Below, one piece after another: positions 38,100-49,795 of a DNA stretch of 64,000 nucleotides. Each line of letters opens with the position of its first letter. Position 1 is the stretch's first letter. The notes beneath the pieces were generated by a model. That model made no database searches and was not told the origin of the DNA. It saw only the letters and a list, made by a program, of their open reading frames with translations. Source of the DNA: Mytilus edulis (taxonomy: Eukaryota); assembly GCF_963676685.1 (NCBI RefSeq), contig NC_092344.1:83328001-83392000 (forward strand), read 5' to 3'. The position numbers were made by a program, and so were the translations under genes.

Positions 38100-40949
38100 C
38101 ACTGGGGTAAAGCTGATGACCGTAACTGCATTCACGGTCATCCCAAGATGTCGGATAAAAAATTAGGTCAGTTTCTGTATTGTCTGTTAAAGTGTTTCTA
38201 TATCATTTTCTTTACAAATCATACATTGAAACGATGTAAATTTATAAAAGAATCACTCGAAAATCACTAATTACTTCCGAGAAATGTGCATGAAACGGGA
38301 AATTCGATTTGAAAAAATCGTTAAGATGACCGTAAATCATAATCAAAATATTTTCAAGATGACCGTAACATAAAACAAGGATGACCGTGATTGGTAAAAA
38401 GATGACCGTAACTTGTATAGGATGACCGTAAATTGCATTTTTCTCGTAAACAATGAAATATTTATTGATATCGACGTTAAAATTTTAACACAAATTGACA
38501 GCGATACGACGAAAATTTGAAGAAACATGAATGTGTCCCTAGTACACGGATGCCTCATCTACACTATCATTTTCTATGTTAAGTGGACTATGAAAATGGG
38601 ATAAAACTGTAATTTGGCATTAGAATTAAAAAAATCATACCATAGGGGAAAATGTGTACTAAGTTTCAATTTTATTTAACTTGAAGCTGGACAAACGGAC
38701 AAACAAACAGACGAACGGACGAACGTACGCACAGACCAGAAAAACATAATGCCAATAAATTGAGCATTAAAAACATTAATAATGCATACGAATATTTGGT
38801 AATCGAGCCCATGTGTATGGTTCCAGAGGAAGCAGATTAAAATCTTAATTTGTCTTGATATATGCAGGCGGAAACACTTTTGAAATAGAACAAAAGAATC
38901 GAAGCTCTGTTTTCAATGTATCTATTACATAGTAATGCAAAACAATAAGATATCAAGTCGACGACATGGTTCTTATCGGGGCCTTTTATAGCTGATTATG
39001 CAGTATGGGCTTTGCTCATTGTTGAAGGCCTTACGGTTACCTATAGTTGTTAATGTTTGTGTCATTTTGGTCTTTTCTGGATAGTTGTCTCATTGGCAAT
39101 AATACCACATCTTCTTTTTTATATATAGTATCTATAAGTTGGATGTAGAAAATGCATAACCTCCGATTTTTTTTTATCACGGACGGAGAACATATCAATC
39201 TTTAAGTTCAGAAATTTTCGTGTCTGTCTTTCCATTATGTGAATCAAGAAAAAATTCCCCAAAACAGGTAACGATTGTATCGAAACGAGAAAAATCGAGT
39301 GCACCTTTTTATGTTAGGGCATGTTTGGGGTGTATATTTTGTCTTTAAAACGTACAAAGCAAGAGTATTTTATATAGCATCTCGCTTCAGATTCTATCAT
39401 TATTATATATCAAATCTACAGGTTGACTTTATAACGTAAAAAATGACAGTTCGAAAAGATGAAATATATGGGTCAAGTGAGATACCTTTCTAAAGAATAA
39501 CAAAAACAGAGTAGGTGTGTTCGAATAGCTTTTTTTTCTAAAAGTACTTGACGACAGTCTTTTAATTTGGATGATGAAAATGGATATCTTCGAAAATATA
39601 TGATTTTCTTGTGTGTGATAACTAGGGTTTATAATCTTCAAATACTGAAAATGTTTAGTCTGCCCTTCCACGAAATATTTAATTAGAATTTTTTTAAATG
39701 CTTAAGAATTTTTAAAAATTCCATCTGACATCCGAACAGACAATATTTTTAAGTTGAATCAATGCAGACAAGATCATTAACTAATGCTCATTAGCTAGTA
39801 GATACATTTGTCTTTTAAAATATAACTGACATATAACGATCGATCGTAATGGTGCTATGTGGATAAATTTATCAGTTTTCTAAAGCAAAATTGGCAGAGC
39901 GTCATCCCTACAATGGCTTCCATTTCTACGATTGTGAGCCTGAGCTGGCGTAATGGGGAGATAATTTTGAAGAAGTAGAATCCTGACTGTATGAATAACA
40001 TTTCTGTATATATACAAATTGACAACGTTCCGCCTTGTGATACGCTTTTCGTACAATACTATTTTAAGGGTCTACTTTGCTGTAGCTCACCTTCACTAGT
40101 TTATTCGAATGATATTTTCAAAATGTTTCTGTTATTTTATTTGCATGACAAAATGAAAGACGATATAATATCAATGGGTGTACATGCAAATTTTTGGCAT
40201 TTTTAAAAATGTGTATTTATTATATGTCTTTTAAAGGAATCCCAGAAACCAAAAAAAATCTTTTGTCGAGCAGTTGAAGGCTGTGCACCGCATTTTTTTC
40301 ATTATGCTTGTAAGGTGTCATTTTATCGCGCTTTTGTAGCATTTTTTCCCTTCCTGTTCATTTGCATGTCTTTTGTCAAATTCATTTTAAAAATTAAACC
40401 CTCTACTGTAAAAAAGATACATATGGTAATCTTTGCATTTGAAGCACGTCTTATTTTCTTCTACCTATAGGATAAAACTCTCATATTAATATGTGTATAC
40501 CAGAGACATATGTGTATATATGTCTCTGTGTATACCAACACGATTAATCATTTGATATAAAACGATAGTTATATAAATACGGATATTTCTTAGAATTGAG
40601 GGTCATCCTTTAAAAGTTACGGTCATCATTTACAAATTACGGTCATCTTAAAAGCAGTTACGGTCAGCCTTGTTATGAATCTCTGATTCTGTTACGGTCA
40701 TCTCGATTGTGATTTACGGTCATCTTGGCGATTTTTTCAAATCGAATTTCCCGTTTCATGCACATTTCTCGGAAGTAATTAGTGATTTCTGAGTGATTCT
40801 TTTATAAATTTACATCGTTTCAATGTATGATTTGTAAAGAAAATGATATAGAAACACTTTAACAGACAATACAGAAAATGACCTAATTTTTCATCCGACA
40901 TCTTGGGATGACCGTGAATGCAGTTACGGTCATCAGCTTTACCCCAGTG
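38100..40949. mobile_element. Non-autonomous DNA transposon with about 245-bp TIRs, CAC...GTG termini and a 5-bp TSD (Transib-like)
   Basis: cactggggtaaagctgatgaccgtaac... at 38100 and its reverse complement ending at 40949. AGGAG directly flanks both ends (38095-38099 and 40950-40954). Subterminal gatgaccgtaa repeats; no transposase ORF inside. Confidence 0.8.
38524..38772. mobile_element. Short HINE/DINE-1-like element nested in the Transib-like element
   Basis: Starts aacatgaatgtgtccc, contains a GACA/GACG-type microsatellite (38690-38735) and has an A-rich end. Confidence 0.5.
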
Positions 40950-43651
40950 AGGAGTGTGTATTTCTATATGTACATATATTGCTTTCATTCACCATAATCA
41001 GTTTCACTTATATACCATTTCAAAGATGAAAAGATATTTTGAAATTCGTTGTATATATGAAAAAAAGAAGATACGGTGTGTTTGCCAATTAGACAACTAA
41101 CAAGCTACGAGCAAGTGTTTGAGTCTAAACCGTAAATAACATATTAAAGATAGGATATCTCATTTATCAAGGAGACTATGCAACGATTTATTCATAACGT
41201 TACAGAACCCAATTTTCACTAAGTACCCAAACAGCACTCATTTATCAAAATAACAGTGTAAATCTTGCAAGTTTTCATAAAGAAATTTATAATTTGTATT
41301 ATTATTATTTGACATTAAGCACGTTTTTTGGACATAGCTAAATATATTCAAATATACACAAAACGTTCATAATATATATATATCCACAGATGACGTATTT
41401 ACCCCAAAGATAAAATCTACGGCAACGTCTTAAACTTTTGAAAATAAGCAATTAAAATGTGATACAGGCATCCATTTCTTTAAAATGAATAGTTAGCATG
41501 GACTTATTGTCTAATTTTTCTTATGACATTTGACGTAATGAAACAAACTACATCAGTTATTTTATTTTACGGAAGTAGATTTAAGCATTGATGAAATTTG
41601 AGTATTCCTAATTACAAAATAATGTGTCGTTTGGAGGTCTATAATTTAATATGGATTTTAAATTAAATTGGTGGGACTATAATGTAAATAAAGATAAATC
41701 TATAAAACACAGAATGGAAGCTTTTATCTGGACATAGGTGAAAAACTGTCAAAAAGGTACAATTTGGATACCCTCATGTTATACTAGTATATCTTTTGTT
41801 TTCATAATCTAGACTAATAACAAATCACCTGTCCATACATAATCCTCAATGTAAATGTTACAAGTAAATAAACTGTTGACTAATTACAAACATATATCAA
41901 CTATCGCTACAAGTAAAAAGGAGTTGACCATTAACCTTTTTTTATAAAGAATAGTTAACTTTTGTCGTATATACATATCTTAATCAGTGTTATCTTTGGT
42001 TTATTTTTTATCAGAAAATTATTCAACCTTTGAATGAAGACATCTTTGGTATTTCGCTATCCGAAATTTATCAAATAAGGAATTTCTAATCTCATACAGT
42101 AATGTTCTTATAGATTGTATGATAATAAACTCATCATAGATAACAGGATTAAAATTTTGTGTTTGTGCAAGACTCGCGTGAAATACTGTCAAACAAGTCA
42201 ATGAAACATTGACAAAATTGACAATGGAAATGGGGAATGTGTCAAAGACAACAACCCGACCAAAGAGCAGACAAAAGCCGAAGGCCACCAATATGTGGCA
42301 AATGCAGCGAGAAACTCCCTTACCCAGAGGCGTCCTTCAACTACAGTTCAAGTCAAATTTATTATAGATAGAAGTATATTCGTCGTTTTGAGTACCAATT
42401 TATATTGTAATATAAATGTAAGGGGAGTATGGTATACGTCAATTATAAAAAGCACCTCCTCCCATCCACTTTTTGGCAAAATAATTATTGAAAATAAATA
42501 ATGAAGGAGGTCACTGAAAATTAAACAATGAAAGAGGACACTGACTAACTTCTACACTTGAGTGACTGTCTGTCTTTTGAACTAAAAGACTTTTTTCACC
42601 CAAAATTACAATAATATTGATAATAGTTTTGGTAGCGAGGACAGCAACGTTTATTTCTTAATAAGGAAACAATTCCGCGTATATTTTGATAGAAGAGTGT
42701 TGAGCATGTTATTTACAGTTTTTCACGTTTTTGCTCTTTTTCTCTCTTCCAAAAAGTTATGAAATGCCTTGGTTGATTGATGGCGATTTTAAATGTGTGA
42801 ATAAAAGTACCTTAAACTAGTAAAATAAATACTCAAAGATTTTGGTTGCAATTAGTTCTAGGTCAGGCTATTTTTGGAGTAGATTGACTGGAAATGAAGG
42901 AATGTGGATATATCTGTCTAGTAAATTTTTAACAAGAATGTCGAAGAAATATTAGTATTCGTACACAGGTACTAACAACTAACTTTTTTGAAATTGTAAA
43001 AATGTATGGTTTTTTTAAACTATATATTATGTAAGTTTTGATCTAATGGAAGGTGTGTTTATCCATTGCTTATATTGAAGATTAATTTAATGGGTAAACA
43101 TAGAAAAGTACAAATTACAACATATTTTCAGAATTTCTAATAGGAATAATAGGATTTATAGTGCCAAAAAATACCAAATACATCTTAGATTGTACATTTT
43201 AGTTTTACTTGGATTTCACTTTGACTTAAAATGGTTTCCTTTCACATATTGTGACTTGGATGGAGAGTTAATTGTCTCATTGGCACTTATACCACATCTT
43301 CTTACACATATTTGCATGACGTTGATTTTACTGTTACCAATACAATACTCAACGACACCATTGCAAAAACTAAACAGTACTGTTCGCGTCATATAAGTAA
43401 GTCACGTTTGAAACATGGTGACAAATATAAATAAAAGATGTTTTTACATATAAAACTATTTATCTTCTTCTTAAGGAGCGTCCAGATTAACAAATGACAA
43501 CTGAAAGAGAAAAAAACATGAGTGTACAATTAATTAAAGTGTCTCATAAGGCCAAATATCAACCTTTTACCTGACTAATTGTACTGGTTCATATTTTGTT
43601 TTACTTCTAACATTAGTACAAGGTCATTTTTTGAAATATCTATATAGATAT

Positions 43652-44000
43652 AGGAAGATGTGGTAAGAGTGCCAATGAGACAACTCTCCATCCAAATAAC
43701 AATTTATAAAAGTAAACCATTATAGGTCAAGGTACGGCCTTCAACGCGGACCCTTGGCTCACATCGAACAGCAAGCTTTAAAGGGCCCCAAAAATTACTA
43801 AGGTAAAACCATTCAAACGGGAAAACCAACGGTCTAATCCATATAAAAACGAGAAACACGTATGAACTACATAAACAGTACATCAGATTCCTGACTTAGT
43901 ACAGGTGCAAACATTTGTAGCGGGATTAAATATTTTAATGGTACCAAACTTTCTCCCTTTTTTTGAAACAATAGTATGACATCACAACATAGAAAAGTAT
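43652..44000 (+). repeat. Dispersed repeat family (agatgtggta.ga.tgccaatgagacaact); fragments also at 24045, 39060-39115 (-), 41068 and 43255-43300 (-)
   Basis: Motif recurs on both strands. Confidence 0.7.
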
Positions 44001-44855
44001 GGTATGAAAATATGCCAAATTATTTTTATTTTGTTGCATTTTTTACTTTATTATTATATGAAATCGAGATATATATTTGAACATATATTTACTACATGCA
44101 TATGTTTATGTGAGCATCTTTTTGAGTGCATGCTGTTCAACTCATGGTATAATTTTTTTCTTTAACATTATTTATTTCCAGAAAATATCTAGCTCTAAAC
44201 AGCGGCGAATTCCAGAATTTGAAAATGGGACGTAATTTCCAGGTTTTTGTTAATTTTCACTAAACAATTTGATCAATTTTATGCTACATTTTTCTATATA
44301 AATCGTGAAATCACCTCCTCCCCGTTTTTGAAAATTCAAAGTGAACATAAACCGCTTAATTGTCCACGTTTCACCTACAATCTTTGATATCGCTAGAAAA
44401 CGACGACTCAGCGATAAAAATATTTATAAACCGTACCTTTTATTGATTTGATTATCCTGATTATTAAATGCGGAAATATTTGTGCTTTTTATTTTCCAAT
44501 TGTTTGTCATTTTGCCATTTATGTTTGACACATAAATTAATGGAAAGGAATACACTTTTGTTCAATTTATAGAGTTGTCTGTAAATAAATATGATGAGTT
44601 GTAATATATATATTTTTTCCAGATTCTTTATGGTGTCCTATATAAAACTTTAAAACTTTAAAATTCAAATTTCCAATTTTATGGGCTTATGAACGGTTGA
44701 TTTAGAATTTATGAAAAGAAAATATGGTTTTAAATGCTCCGTTAATCGTACACGTAATATTTAAAGCACAACAACAAAGTTCGACGTTTATAGGTCACTC
44801 CGTATAAAACAAACAAATTTACAGGCTATTTTGTTATTTGGTTTTGATAAAGTGA

Positions 44856-47630
44856 ATGACCAACATGATAAAACAAGTGGATGCGTCCTATCATTGTGGA
44901 ATTGTTTTGATATTTTGTGTGTTTATTGCACAATCCACTTCAAAAACATTGAAACAAAATACAACAATAGATTTGTATGATGATTATTCATTTACAGGTT
45001 TACCGGGAAGCTGTCTGCTTACACCTGTTGATCAAAACATTGCTTACAAAGTGGATAAAATGGCAGAGGACGGTGCAAAAGTTATATACATCTACTTCAA
45101 ATTTCAGAACTTCACCGGAACTTTACACGAAGAGAAGCAAAGCTCTATTTACAGACCATTATCCTGGGTTTGGACCGTAGGCAGGCATGGAAGAAGTCTT
45201 CTTTTACTTCGCCCACAATACGAGGTATTTTCATTGACATCCCTTAGTCTTGGAAGGGAAAGAATTGAAGTTTCTGTGAAACAAATACCGTTGAACTGTC
45301 TGACGCAGTATAATGCAACAGTTGTATCTGATGCTCTAGGAGAATTCTTATTGCACAAATTTAAGACGCCGAGTTCTAACACGTCAGCAACAATGGAGAC
45401 TTTAAAGGAAACGGAACATGTTTGTAATCTTAATATAGCACCACGTAATGGTAAGGCGATATTTTATTATGTCTGCTGCCATAAAACCTTAAGTGGCCAA
45501 ACTGAATGTCAAGAATTAAAATCAGACAGATATCTTACTATTTTATTTATCTGTATATTTCTGATGAACTTTTTTGCCGTCATGTTCAGTCCATTGGTAA
45601 TACCTTCTAAATTCTACAAAAAGAAATTTGAAACAACGTCATATGAACACGAACTTAATGAGCCAGTAACATTGACAGTGAGAAAATCGTCTACAAAGTC
45701 GGAAGAACAGCATAATTTTCCTATTTCTTATTTTGATAAAATGACCGAGTTCAAGAAGACTATTGAAAGTCTATGTACTGATGTAACATACACGGTATCT
45801 GTACGAAAAATCGACATCGTCACTGAAATGGCCCGACTTCTGCCATCAAATCGTGTACCCGTAGGTTTATTCGAATCTTTACATTCAGCTTTAGTTAATT
45901 GTGAAATCCGAAAGAAACCTTCGATGAAGGATTGTTGTGAAAGTAATGTTTTTGGACCTTGTAAACCTTGCAATCGTGTTTTTCCTTGGTATAAAATGCT
46001 GAGAACACTGATGCAGCTTCTTATGTACATACTAATTGGAAAAGTTTGGATTGTTCGTTTACATTTCTTTTTTGAATACGAAGAATCCGAACGAAAGCAG
46101 AGACAAGATGCAGCATCTCAACGGAATTTAGGTCTGACTTATACTGGCAATCTTACGTGGTACCTCACTCCAATTCACACGACTTTCATTGTCTGCTACT
46201 GTATTTTTGTTGTGGATGTACTTCTATTCGGAATAATTAGTGGACAAGTCAAACAGACCCTTCAGAGAGTCATGCGAAAATGTCTACGAGACATGCGTGA
46301 AATATCTAAAAGAAGTGCTATTGGATGGTCTGTACAAATTTTACTTCAACCATTTAAGCATTGTGGTATATTTGGAATCTTCTTTGCCTGGATTTACTAT
46401 ATTCCCGCTATTCCGATAGTCATTTTAACAGTTGCATTTTATTGTTTTCCAACAATAAACGTCCTTGTGAGACTTGTCATTTACTTCGTGGCATATTTTC
46501 TACCTTATGGACGTAATGGTCTTACAGAAAGATGTTGTCTTAAATCGATACAACTTTGGCGCTATATACACAAAGTTTTCCGAATGGATATTTTAACTAG
46601 TCAGGAATCAATCGAACGTCCCGAAAAACTATCCGTTAAAAACAAAATTTTACAGCTGATTGTAATTTTTGCATGTTTGTTGACAATTTCATCTTTTGTA
46701 CTTCTGGCTATGGAATGCATCGTGTTCTTAGTTGAAATTGTAATGTACACACTTATCGGAGTAATAATAAACTCTGCGTATACACTGAAGTATCTATCTT
46801 TAGTATTTCTTCTTGGATTTTATGCGCGTGACTGTTTTACTACCGTCACAGTAGAGTATTTAGCCTTTAACAAATTCTTAAATGGCTATCTAGTGGATAA
46901 AATGAGAGAAAAGGTAGAAAATATCAGCATGCGAGGTGACGTAGATCAAAAAAATACAGCCTTCCAAGCCAGTCTGAATGATACAAAGGGTAGTGATGAC
47001 CAGCCAGTACATCTGACAGTCACAAATGACAAGCTTAAATGGAAAATTAATCGGTTGGTTTTATTTCTGGATAAAAATGACACACCATACATAACATCTA
47101 AGTTTTTCTTTGATACATGCTATTTGGATCAAGCAGGAGTTCCGGGACCTTTGGTAGCTAGCCTTCTTCGTGCAATGCAACGCTTTATTATCATCTGTGT
47201 TTTCCTGTTCTTCGTTGTCATTGTTATTTTAGCATTTGGAGATGAATATGGAATATCAGCAACCAATCAAATGTTTGCTACCCTAGCCGGTGGATTCTTA
47301 CCTTATATCCTAAGGTGGGTTTTGTTCAAGCAACCAGAACCTGTCACTGTTGACCCTAATAATCTGAGTTTCAAAAGTAAATTTCAACGAAAAATTGAAG
47401 AATATCAACAGAACTGGGAAGTTTCTGATATTAGAATTGACAGTTATCCAAAGAAGTTGATTCCGACAAAAGTTGTGGATGACAATGGTATTAAAACTAT
47501 TGAAGATGCAACTGATGATGAAATTAAATCAAAAGACAATGATATCATGCTGGAAGAAATTAAGCCAATCATAAAGAAGGAATTTACTGACAAAGTAGAT
47601 ATTCTGATTTATGATGAATTTGTAGTATAA
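44856..47630 (+). CDS. Uncharacterised multi-pass membrane protein, 924 aa (paralogue A)
   Basis: 2.8-kb uninterrupted ORF in AT-rich DNA. Signal-peptide-like N-terminus, Cys-containing ectodomain of about 200 aa, and about 9-10 hydrophobic segments. Colinear with paralogue B, with many synonymous differences. Confidence 0.9.
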   Translation: MTNMIKQVDASYHCGIVLIFCVFIAQSTSKTLKQNTTIDLYDDYSFTGLPGSCLLTPVDQNIAYKVDKMAEDGAKVIYIYFKFQNFTGTLHEEKQSSIYRPLSWVWTVGRHGRSLLLLRPQYEVFSLTSLSLGRERIEVSVKQIPLNCLTQYNATVVSDALGEFLLHKFKTPSSNTSATMETLKETEHVCNLNIAPRNGKAIFYYVCCHKTLSGQTECQELKSDRYLTILFICIFLMNFFAVMFSPLVIPSKFYKKKFETTSYEHELNEPVTLTVRKSSTKSEEQHNFPISYFDKMTEFKKTIESLCTDVTYTVSVRKIDIVTEMARLLPSNRVPVGLFESLHSALVNCEIRKKPSMKDCCESNVFGPCKPCNRVFPWYKMLRTLMQLLMYILIGKVWIVRLHFFFEYEESERKQRQDAASQRNLGLTYTGNLTWYLTPIHTTFIVCYCIFVVDVLLFGIISGQVKQTLQRVMRKCLRDMREISKRSAIGWSVQILLQPFKHCGIFGIFFAWIYYIPAIPIVILTVAFYCFPTINVLVRLVIYFVAYFLPYGRNGLTERCCLKSIQLWRYIHKVFRMDILTSQESIERPEKLSVKNKILQLIVIFACLLTISSFVLLAMECIVFLVEIVMYTLIGVIINSAYTLKYLSLVFLLGFYARDCFTTVTVEYLAFNKFLNGYLVDKMREKVENISMRGDVDQKNTAFQASLNDTKGSDDQPVHLTVTNDKLKWKINRLVLFLDKNDTPYITSKFFFDTCYLDQAGVPGPLVASLLRAMQRFIIICVFLFFVVIVILAFGDEYGISATNQMFATLAGGFLPYILRWVLFKQPEPVTVDPNNLSFKSKFQRKIEEYQQNWEVSDIRIDSYPKKLIPTKVVDDNGIKTIEDATDDEIKSKDNDIMLEEIKPIIKKEFTDKVDILIYDEFVV

Positions 47631-48439
47631 CCATAATAGATATAATTAATTTGCATAAATGTAGCATGTTACGTGTTGCATACCAAGAAATGATATTGTT
47701 TTTTTTTTATTGTACTGTGAACTGTCTAACATAAATTTCTCATATGAAGCACAATAGTTGTTTTTAAATCTATCATCCTTTGAAATATAGGACAAATGAA
47801 TATACTTAATCACAAAGTAATTCAAAGAATGAAAAAAGAAATCGATGAAAAGTCATATGAATTTAATTTGCCGAATCAGTATTTCAGTTCTGAGAAACAA
47901 GCCCCTGACCATCCACCCACATATGTGATAGTCAACTTTAGGATCCCCTTTTTTGTGTGTATAAAGTTTGAGGCTAAATTTACAACAATAAAAAACAACT
48001 TTAAATTACTAGAAGAATCATCTTCAAACCTGTAACCCAAAACCAACAAGAGGTCGACATACCATCTTCAACAATAGCCAGAAACATCTAAACATTTTAC
48101 CTGAAAATAGACAACAAAGATTTAAGCGTTGCAGATGAAGGAAAATAGCAAAAAGACCAAACCAAGAAAAAAGGTGGGATGTTCAAACAACCGATGATAA
48201 GAGGACGTGATCGTAGACATAGTCATGGTCATAAGTGAAACAAATATTCCGTAACGGTCACAAAATGTAAAGTTTACAATAGGAAAGCTGATATAATCTA
48301 TTTTGTCGCGATGGTTGTTCTCAATCAACCCTCATTGTCAATTTCTTGAAGTAAGTTAAGATAGGAGGACTGTATTTGTGAAGTCCTTTATTTGAGGTTT
48401 GATGGGATAGCTGCATAGTAGCCAGCTTGAGTGTGAAAA

Positions 48440-48990
48440 CAATTCATCTATTTCCCTCCGTCAACAATTATCTTCTGTAGATTTCTTGATTCATATGAGG
48501 CTGAGAGTCCTTGGAAGAATGAAAAAGAGGCTGGCGTTATCCCTTAACTTCACTTTCCGCAATATCAAAGTTATGTTCTCTAGCTAAATAATTCAAAGTT
48601 TGGTGACGATGTTGAACACATTTACCACATCAATCTATTCAAAATATAGACCTCGGATTTCGTTATCTTACTAGAGAATTAACACCGATGTATAAAAGTT
48701 TTCTTATGGAGATAACGAAATAGGGTCTATATCTATATAAGAAATGTGTTACCAAATCGAACTTGAAAAAAAAGATCAAACAAATAGTCTGCCTCACATC
48801 TTGATTTACATCTAAATCTTGACAATAAGAACAAAACTTTACGACAAAAGAGATTATTTCTGATTCCCAATTGTTAACATGCCAACAGCGCCTGCATATC
48901 ATGGAGTATATATCTCCAACTTGATACGATATTAAATGGCCTGTCTTTCCAATCATGATTTCCTTAACAGAGGATCGCTGCTCATAGGGA
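48440..48990 (+). mobile_element. Degenerate Penelope-like RT remnant (plus a small inverted piece at about 48250-48320)
   Basis: Recognisable decayed peptides KNEKRLAL..NFTFR....VL.LNNSKFGD.VEHIY, ASHLDLHL, YDKRD and GVYISNLIRY. Confidence 0.6.
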
Positions 48991-49795
48991 ATTCAGATAT
49001 ACAACCAAGAGTTCTAAATGGCGGATATACCTTCTATTATAATTTTAGTTCCCCTTAAACATAGATGTTTAATTTTAAACAAATAAAAGTTTTGCTCTAG
49101 TAGAAAACAAAACTACTATACTTAAATAATATACATGTATGTTTATGAAATCATAAACTGGAGATTTCAGAAAATAAAATCCTTTTCAAATTTAAGAAAA
49201 ATCAATGTTTAAATCTATTATCACTTATCGTTTATGATAGCTATACCAACATTTTTCTTCAAATGGTATCGGTGATTTCAACGACCTTGGAACATTGAAA
49301 CCTTTCTTCCGCGTCCCGTCTAGATCGACGGATAAAATTACTGGAGTGTCAAAAGGAAGATATCAATGACAACTGATGCCTCTGATATCGAATAGACCTT
49401 TATACAAAAATGTTTACACACTTTTATATGCGTGCTGTAATTGAGATACAAATTCGTAAAGGAAGGTTTCTGTATTCTTTTTTTTTATTCTGATAAAGAA
49501 GTCAGTGTAATCGCATGGAAATGAGATATCGTGTTCATGCATTACTTCCTTGTGCAATTATTTTGGCGTTTTTAACATGTATACTTGTTAGCGCACAAAC
49601 AACCTATAAGGTTTATGTCCTCTTATAGTTTTATAGTTATGTTATCATAAACTAACATTAGAAAGTATTCACCAATACATGAGTGCAAACGGAAATTTAA
49701 AACTTTATGATATCCGTTATAAAGTATAACAACTACATTTTTAAAAAATCTTATTACGTAGAATTTGAAAATACTACAAAAGTTGTGTGTTCAAA

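Noticed and set aside
37905-40988. Similar ORFs at 37905-38270 (+) and 40779-40988 (-), and likewise 53114-53341 / 53312-53503, as duplicated genes
   Set aside because: The similarity is explained by the inverted-repeat arms, and there are no protein motifs.
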